Assembly (NCBI GenBank): GCA_963798085.1
Contig: CAWCRS010000009.1
Location: 233,889 to 297,888, forward strand
Length of the DNA stretch: 64,000 nucleotides
Direction: 5' to 3'
Origin: an uncultured Gemmatimonadales bacterium
Lineage (GTDB): Bacteria; Gemmatimonadota; Gemmatimonadetes; Longimicrobiales; RSA9
Shown: positions 58,338 to 64,000 of the stretch, piece by piece
Layout: the number at the start of each line of letters is the position of its first letter
Position numbering within the stretch: position 1 is the first letter of the stretch
Position numbers and translations under genes: made by a program
Notes under the pieces: generated by a model
What the model was told of the DNA's origin: nothing
Databases searched by the model: none
The model's input: only the letters and a program-made list of their open reading frames with translations

Positions 58338-58462
58338 TCCCAGCCCCGGTCCCGAGGTCAGCCCCGGCCCCGGCGCCAGTGCCAGCCCCAGCCCGGGGCA
58401 GGCCGTCCAGTCCGTCTTGCCATACCCGGGCAACCAGCCCCGGCAACGAGTTCCAGCAACGA
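58338..58462. repeat. family A GC-rich repeat block, inverted (right boundary of the intra-operon spacer)
   Basis: ...cccagccccggtcccgaggtcagccccggccccggcgccagtgccagccccagcccgggg...cccgggcaaccagccccggcaacgagttccagcaacgac. Its reverse complement, gttgctggaactcgttgccggggctggttgcccggg, is nearly identical to 25091-25126. Confidence 0.75.
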
Positions 58463-58472
58463 CGCCGGCTCC

Positions 58473-59240
58473 ATGTTAGAGATTCTGCGGGCTCGTCTCG
58501 ACCAGGGGCATCGCACGATCCGGTTTCCGCCCGAGGATGCCGGGCTGCCGGAGCGCTACCGGGGCAGGCCGGTGATCGGCGAGGGGCCGTGCCCGGACGG
58601 CTGCGACGAGTGCCGTGAGGCCTGTCCGACCGAAGCGATCGTGATCGAAGGCGGAGGCGTTCAGCTCGACCTGGGTCGCTGCGTCTTCTGCGGCGCATGC
58701 GAGGCCGCATGTCCGGCAGGGGTCATCACGTTTGGCCAGGACTATCGCATGGCAACACGCACGCGCCAGGATCTCGTCGTGCGCGCAGACGCCGAATACC
58801 CGCTCGCAATGGAACTCGACAAGCATATGCGTCGCCTCTTCGGACGCTCACTCAAGCTGCGACAGGTCTCGGCGGGCGGCTCCGGGGCCGAAGAAGCAGA
58901 CTGCAACGTGCTGAACACCGTCGTATTCGACCTCGCTCGCTTCGGCATCCAGTTCGTCGCCTCGCCTCGCCACGCTGACGGACTGCTGGTCACCGGACCC
59001 GTCTCGCGCAATATGCGCCGCGCGCTCGAGCTGACCTGGGAAGCGCTGCCTTCACCCCGCCTGGTCATCGCGGTGGGCGCCTCCGCGATCAGTGGCGGTC
59101 CCTGGCGCGGCCAGCCCGCTGTCCTCGACGGCGTCAGCGCCATTCTGCCTGTCGATCTCTACATTCCGGGTTTTCCGCCACATCCTCTTACGATCCTCAA
59201 TGGGCTTCTTCGGCTTCTCTCTCACCGCGGAGTGCGCTGA
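58473..59240 (+). CDS. fusion of a 2x[4Fe-4S] ferredoxin-like domain with a NuoB/HycG-like small subunit that lacks all four cluster cysteines
   Basis: ATG at 58473 inside ORF 58170..59240. The N-terminal part has CPDGCDECREACP and CVFCGACEAACP. The C-terminal part has FGIQFVASPRHADGLLVTGPVSRNM, AVGASAISGG and PVDLYIPGFPPHP. Aligned by eye to HycG (GSCNGCE, GACGNSGG, IPGCPP), the four Cys positions read S, A, S and F. Confidence 0.85.
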   Translation: MLEILRARLDQGHRTIRFPPEDAGLPERYRGRPVIGEGPCPDGCDECREACPTEAIVIEGGGVQLDLGRCVFCGACEAACPAGVITFGQDYRMATRTRQDLVVRADAEYPLAMELDKHMRRLFGRSLKLRQVSAGGSGAEEADCNVLNTVVFDLARFGIQFVASPRHADGLLVTGPVSRNMRRALELTWEALPSPRLVIAVGASAISGGPWRGQPAVLDGVSAILPVDLYIPGFPPHPLTILNGLLRLLSHRGVR

Positions 59241-59796
59241 GGGCGCAGAGAGCGGCTCCGGAGAGATCAGGCCGGGGGCGGGAACAGATTCTGTTGATCT
59301 GGTTTCACCCGGAGGCCGGTGAGGACGCGGAGGATGCAGGGCCACTCTGGTGTTTGTGTCTGGTTCTTTCAGCATGTCACCAGAGGTCAATGTCTTTTCT
59401 TTCGCATTTGGCAGAGGCCGATCTCATGCTTGGACGTTGGTGTGCTCGGTCACGGGCGCGCGAAGTCAACGGCGTCCACGCGCGAGCCTGCGCAACGCGG
59501 ATGCGCTGACGCTCGAGCTATCGCTGGGGAGTGCGGCGCGTTGCGGTGCGGGCCGGGCCGCGCGGATGAAGGTGTGATCGTGTTAAGGCACTGTTAAATG
59601 GTCGCGCACGGAGCCGCCAATGGTGGCAGCGCGCTCGACCCTCTCGCCTCACGTGGGCGTCTGCGCGTGACGGGAGGCTTGACGCTCAGACTTCAGGCAG
59701 GGACATTTCTGCTGCACCGCGTCAGACAGGGCAGGCTGCTGCGCTGCAGCACTGCCGCACGGTCACCGTCAATCGAGCTGAGAGAGTCGCCAGGGC

Positions 59797-60615
59797 ATGC
59801 CGCTCTTCATGGACCGTCACGATATTCGCAATGCAACGGCCGAGGCTGTTGCCGCGGCGCACCAGCGGGATCTCATCGTCCAGGCGAGCCATGCGTGCAA
59901 AGCTCTCACCTACTGGTTCGATGAGGACCGCGGGACGGCTTTCTGCCTCATTGAAGGACCTACCGAAGCAGCCGTTCGTGCCATGCACCGCGAAGCGCAC
60001 GGCCTCATTCCCAACGTCGTCGTGGAAGTCGATCCCGCGGCTGTTGCCGGCTTCCTGGGACGCGTCACTGATCCCAATGACGCAGTGGCGAACCCGATCC
60101 GCGAGGCAGGGTTCCGGGCACTGATGTTCACCGACATGGTGAACTCCACACTGATCACGAACACACTCGGCGACGACAGGGCACAATCGGTTCTGGCGAA
60201 GCACAATGAGATTGTGCGGAGGACGCTGCTGAGCCACGGCGGGCGCGAAATCGACCGGGCCGGTGACGGCTTCCTGATATCCTTTTCGTCCGCCGCGCAA
60301 GCCGTGGCGTGTGCCGTGTCAATGCAGCGTGCGTTCCAGGACTACAATGCCGATGCCGCCCGTCCCGCCGACATCCAGGTGCGCATTGCGCTGGGGGCGG
60401 GCGAACCGATCGCCGACGGAGAATCGCTGTTTGGTTCCGTGGTCAACCTGACCGCGCGCATCTGCGCTCACGCTGGCGCGGGCGAGATCCTGGCTACACG
60501 CGTCGTCCGCGATCTCTGCACCGGCAAGCCGTTCACCTTCCTGCCAGCCGGCGCTCTGGAACTCAAGGGTTTCGCCGATCCGATCGAAGTGCACCGCGTC
60601 GACTGGACCGCCTGA
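59797..60615 (+). CDS. DUF4242-like N-terminal domain fused to a class III adenylate/guanylate cyclase catalytic domain
   Basis: N-terminal MPLFMDRHDI...AHQRDL..Q...CKALTYWFDEDRGTAFCLIEGPTEAAVRAMHREAHGL (SCO4226-like). Cyclase domain RALMFTDMVNST...REIDRAGDGFLISFSSAAQAVACAVSMQ...IRIALGAGEP...GSVVNLTARI...LKGF.DPIEVHRV. Confidence 0.8.
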   Translation: MPLFMDRHDIRNATAEAVAAAHQRDLIVQASHACKALTYWFDEDRGTAFCLIEGPTEAAVRAMHREAHGLIPNVVVEVDPAAVAGFLGRVTDPNDAVANPIREAGFRALMFTDMVNSTLITNTLGDDRAQSVLAKHNEIVRRTLLSHGGREIDRAGDGFLISFSSAAQAVACAVSMQRAFQDYNADAARPADIQVRIALGAGEPIADGESLFGSVVNLTARICAHAGAGEILATRVVRDLCTGKPFTFLPAGALELKGFADPIEVHRVDWTA

Positions 60616-60816
60616 TCCAGACCATCCGCTGAGCATCGCGCTACGGCACGATGATCCCACGGCGGGCGAAGTCACTCCCGGAGTCAGCGGTGAGGCGTTC
60701 GCGCCCCGCCGGAGCCGCCGGCACCACGCGCTTCGCCGCCCCATGAACGCCAGCTCGTGGTCAAGCACCGACCACATCAGGAGCCGCAACCCGCATTGAG
60801 CAATTAGTCCGCCCGC

Positions 60817-60950
60817 CCGGACCGTCCTGGCATTCTCGCGTTCCGGCCGCGTGCGCTATCGAAGCATGCGGCTTCGCGCCGCAAACGGCGTGTTACAGGA
60901 CACACGCATGGCGGTACCGGCCACAACCCAAGATTTCAAAGACGGTCCGG
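60817..60950. repeat. second, shorter and degenerate copy of MITE-like family B
   Basis: The left end ccggaccgtcctggcattctcgcgtt resembles the left end at 45676. The right end ggccacaacccaagatttcaaagacggtccgg (to 60950) matches 45905-45936 at about 80% over ~50 nt. As in the first copy, it ends 4 nt before the TGA of a minus-strand gene (modC). Confidence 0.6.
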
Positions 60951-60954
60951 CGAT

Positions 60955-62097
60955 TCAGTCGAGGAGCGCCACGCTCTTGACGCGTGCGTACACGTCCAGG
61001 CCCGCGGTGATGCCGAGGCGCTGGCAGGAGTGGCGGGTGATGAGAGCGAGCAGGCCGGGTTCGCGGCTGGCGCCGGTCATGCGCACCAGGACTTCGCCGG
61101 GTAAGGTCTCGCGCAGCTCGGCGACGCGCACCGAGAACTGATTCATGATCGTCGTGAGGGGCTCCGTCGCGAGACTGAGCGACACGTCGCTGGCTTCGAT
61201 CTGGAGGCGGACGCGGCGGCCCGGCTCCCGCTGCTGCCGGCGCACCCAGACGGGACCCCACGGGCCGTCCAGCAGGGTGAGCGCGTTTGCCTCGTCGTGT
61301 TCGCGCACCACCGCGTCCACGACGACCGCCGCCTGGTCTCCCCGCGCCTGCGCGAAGTCCAGCTGTCCGATCACGGAGCCCGTCGGACCGGCAGCACGCA
61401 CGCGTCCATCGACCAGCCAGATCATGTGATCCGCGAGCCGGCCCACCTCGGCCAGCGCATGACTGACATAAATGATGGGAATGGACAATCGCTCCGGCAG
61501 CCGCTGCAGGTAGGGCAGTATCTCGAGGCGGCTGCTTTCATCGGTTGCGGAGAGCGGCTCATCCATGAGCAGCAGCCGCGGGCTCGCGAGCAGGGCACGC
61601 GTGATGGCCACACGCTGGCGTTCGCCACCGGAAAGCCCGGCGGGAGAACGCGACAGCAGCGGCTCGACTCCGAGCCATTCCACCGCATCATCCCAGGCTA
61701 TGCAATGCGCGGGCGCGCGGCGCCACGCGTAACGCAGATTGCCCCGCACGTCGAGGTGCGCGAACAGGTCGGCTTCCTGGAAGACGTAACCCACCGAGCG
61801 GCGGTGCGCGGGCAGAAAGCGGTTGTCCTCGGTATCCTGCCACACCTCGTCGCCGACTCGGAGGAACCCATCCGCGACGCGTTCCAGGCCCGCGATGCAG
61901 CGCAGCAGTGTGGTTTTGCCCGCGCCCGACGGTCCAAACAATCCGGTTACACCACGCGCCGGACAACCCAGTGTCGCATCCAGCTCGAAGCGACCTCTCG
62001 CCAGACGGAATCTCGCCTCGAGACCGCTGCGGCCGGCCGCGCCGCCATCGGGCGAGGACGAAGACGTGACGGGCATCGTCGCCTGATCCCCACTCAC
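60955..62097 (-). CDS. modC: molybdate ABC transporter ATP-binding protein with C-terminal TOBE/Mop domain
   Basis: Walker A GPSGAGKTT, signature LSGGERQRVAITRAL, Walker B LLLMDEPLSATD. The C-terminal ~130 aa are TOBE-like. The start overlaps the modB stop. Confidence 0.9.
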   Translation of the reverse strand: MSGDQATMPVTSSSSPDGGAAGRSGLEARFRLARGRFELDATLGCPARGVTGLFGPSGAGKTTLLRCIAGLERVADGFLRVGDEVWQDTEDNRFLPAHRRSVGYVFQEADLFAHLDVRGNLRYAWRRAPAHCIAWDDAVEWLGVEPLLSRSPAGLSGGERQRVAITRALLASPRLLLMDEPLSATDESSRLEILPYLQRLPERLSIPIIYVSHALAEVGRLADHMIWLVDGRVRAAGPTGSVIGQLDFAQARGDQAAVVVDAVVREHDEANALTLLDGPWGPVWVRRQQREPGRRVRLQIEASDVSLSLATEPLTTIMNQFSVRVAELRETLPGEVLVRMTGASREPGLLALITRHSCQRLGITAGLDVYARVKSVALLD

Positions 62098-62783
62098 AGA
62101 CGAGGCGCCTCGAAGCGCCGGCCGCCCAGCGCGTACACCACCAGCAGCACGAGGAAGGAAAACAGCAGCAGGCCCGCCGCCAGCGTGTGTGCCTGTCCAT
62201 AGCGCACGGCCTCGACATCGTTGTACAGCGCAATGGAGACCACCTGTGTGCGACCCGGTATGTTGCCGCCCAGCATCAGCACCACGCCGAACTCGCCCAT
62301 GGTATGAGCGAAGGCCAGCACCGCGGCCGTGAAGAAACCGGGTCTCGCCTGCGGCAATGCGACCGAGAAGAAGCGATCGAGCGGGGAGGCGCGCAGTGTC
62401 GCCGCCACTTCGAGCGGGCGACTGCCGATTGCGAGAAACGAATTCTGCAGGGGCTGCACGACGAAAGGCAGGGAATAGAGCACGGAGCCGATCACCAGGC
62501 CGCTGAACGAGAACACCAGCCGGTCACCGCCCAATCGTTCCCAGACGCTGCCCACAGGGCCGGCCGGGCCTAACAGCACCAGCAGATAGAACCCGAGCAG
62601 CGTGGGCGGCAGCACCAGGGGCAGCGCGCATAGCGCCTCGATCACGGCACGCGCCCGGGTCCGCGTGCGCGCCAGCCACCAGGCCAGTGGCGTGCCCAGC
62701 ACCAGCAGCACGGCCGTCGTCACGGACGCGAGCTTGACGCTCACGATGACGGCGCGCAGGTCGGCCGGATCAAAGGCGATCAT
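62094..62783 (-). CDS. modB: molybdate ABC transporter permease
   Basis: 229 aa with five or more TM segments and an EAA-type loop (ATLRASPLDRFFSVALPQARPG) typical of ModB/CysTW permeases. Lies between modA and modC. Confidence 0.88.
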   Translation of the reverse strand: MIAFDPADLRAVIVSVKLASVTTAVLLVLGTPLAWWLARTRTRARAVIEALCALPLVLPPTLLGFYLLVLLGPAGPVGSVWERLGGDRLVFSFSGLVIGSVLYSLPFVVQPLQNSFLAIGSRPLEVAATLRASPLDRFFSVALPQARPGFFTAAVLAFAHTMGEFGVVLMLGGNIPGRTQVVSIALYNDVEAVRYGQAHTLAAGLLLFSFLVLLVVYALGGRRFEAPRL

Positions 62784-62958
62784 GGGTGCGGTCGCCCGGC
62801 TGACAGTGTGTTATGGAAGCCGCGGCGTGACGCTTCACGTGCCGATTCGACCTGGAAGGCTGCTTGCGGCGCCGGCGCGTCCGCGCCTGCTGTGGCTGCC
62901 GTGACGACCCATTCGCCGGTTGCCGGGTCACGTGGCCTGGCTCTGCAGAACGCGTGCA

Positions 62959-63964
62959 TCAGCGGGTGCCGTACCCGAACGATTCGATGAGCCGCCTGGC
63001 CACGTCGCCGCGCAGGAAGTCCAGGTACGCGCGCGCCGCGGGATGGTCGCGGCCGGGCAGGAGCAGGACCGCGTCCTGCGCAAGGGGCTCATGGTACTCG
63101 GCGGGCACCAGCCAGTACGTGTGCTCCGGCTCGTGGATTACCTGCGACCACGCGACGAAGCCCAGCTCCGCCGCGCCCGACTTCACGAACTGCAGCGTCT
63201 GCGTGAGGCTCTCGCCGCGCACGAGGCGGGCGGCAATCGCATCGTACAGACCCAGAATGCCGCAGCACCTGCATGGCCGCCACACCGTAGGGCGCCGTCT
63301 CCGGGTTGGCGATGGCAATGTGGCGAAACCGCCCGCTGCGCAGATCCTCGCCGGCCGCGCGGACGGAATCGAGCGACGGGCCGTACAGCGCGAGTCGCCC
63401 GACCGCGTACGTGAAACGCGAGCCCGCCACCGCGTAGCCATCACGCTCCAGCAGCGCGGGCCGCTCGCTGTCCGCCGACAGGAACACGTCGAAGGGGGCA
63501 CCGTTGCGCGCCTGCGCGTAGAGCAGCCCGCTCGAGCCCACGCTGCTCACCACACGCTGGCCCGATCCCGCCCTGAACTTCGCCGCCAGCTGCTCCTGCA
63601 CCACTGCGAAATTCGCGGCCACCGCCACTCTCACCTCTGCGGCCACCGCCACCCTCACCTCTGCGGCCACCGCCACCCTCACCTCTGACGACTCGCGCGC
63701 TCCCGCGTATGCGTGAGCGCGCGTACCCGGACCGTCGCGCCGTCCGGCGCCCGATGTGCCGAGCCCGAGCAGCAGCAGGAACACGCTGTGCCGCGCAGCA
63801 GCGCGCCCGCAGCGGAAGGTCGCGCGGACAGAGGTGGACACGGCTGCAGCGACACGGGCCGGCGCGCAGGCGGAGAGCCCAGCCGCGCGCGCCCGGGCGC
63901 GGCCTGACAGGCTGCCAGGCGGCCGGCGGCGGCGCCACGCGCGGATTCCTGCTGCCGCCATCAC
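62959..63964 (-). pseudogene. modA: molybdate-binding periplasmic protein, frame broken near 63262, with an in-frame 3 x 24-bp tandem repeat near the signal peptide
   Basis: VAVAANFAVVQEQLAAKFRAGSGQRVVSSVGSSGLLYAQARNGAPFDVFLSAD...IANPETAPYGVAAMQVL (ORF 63089..63964) continues as LGLYDAIAARLVRGESLTQTLQFVKSGAAELGFVAWSQV... (ORF 62959..63501). The true start is uncertain. Confidence 0.8.
63615..63686. repeat. perfect-frame tandem triplication of a 24-bp unit inside modA
   Basis: GCGGCCACCGCCAC(T/C)CTCACCTCT occurs three times (63615-63638, 63639-63662, 63663-63686). On the coding strand it encodes (EVRVAVAA)x3. Confidence 0.85.
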
Positions 63965-64000
63965 GCCAGTTCGCCGGTGCGTGCGGCGTTGTAACCCGGC

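Noticed and set aside
57612-58472. ORFs 57796..58479 plus and 57507..58124 minus considered as a missing subunit (for example HyfH-like) of the complex.
   Set aside because: There are no Cys motifs or hydrophobic helices. The composition is dominated by Arg, Pro, Gly and Gln derived from the GC-rich repeats. The ferredoxin function is already supplied by the N-terminal domain of the 58473..59240 protein.
56077-59240. Annotating the cluster as a functional NiFe hydrogenase-4 or formate hydrogenlyase.
   Set aside because: The large subunit lacks both CxxC ligand pairs. The NuoB-like domain lacks all four cluster cysteines. No formate dehydrogenase, hyp or protease maturation genes are nearby.

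Overview
This is a 64-kb chromosomal window from a very GC-rich bacterium (hand counts of typical coding stretches are about 70% GC). I inferred roughly 45 protein-coding genes. I found no rRNA, tRNA, CRISPR array, transposase or integrase. The gene content suggests a Gemmatimonadota- or Acidobacteriota-like lineage: four ADOP-type orphan duplicated FtsX permeases, secreted amidohydrolases (one fused to PD40 propellers), a TonB-dependent receptor, and a cupredoxin/CHRD operon. That lineage call is an inference only.

Recognisable modules:
- a CysM / JAMM (Mec+) / CysO / MoeZ protein-thiocarboxylate cysteine pathway
- Lon protease and signal peptidase I
- hutU and hutF
- an M50-CBS protease / NUDIX / ChlI-like AAA+ operon
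- modABC
- a seven-gene Hyf-type membrane complex (50.4-59.2 kb)

Most notable observations:
1. The Hyf-type complex has substitutions at every NiFe-site cysteine of the large subunit and every proximal-cluster cysteine of the NuoB-like subunit. This makes it Ehr-like and not a hydrogenase. It also carries a ferredoxin::NuoB fusion, a translationally coupled HTH-EIIA protein, and an 862-bp non-coding, repeat-bounded spacer inside the operon.
2. At least three families of structured GC-rich intergenic repeats are present. One is a MITE-like element with perfect 26-bp terminal inverted repeats, wedged between convergent stop codons.
3. An orphan canonical intrinsic terminator sits in a 1.07-kb gene-free region, which implies an unannotated transcript.
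4. A low-GC cluster of three 51-bp direct repeats carries TGACA-N3-TGTCA-type palindromes.
5. There are at least 15 uncompensated reading-frame breaks plus one compensated pair, concentrated in lon. This most likely reflects residual indels in the assembly, and it limits every fine-scale claim below.

All frame-break coordinates are approximate and come from hand translation.
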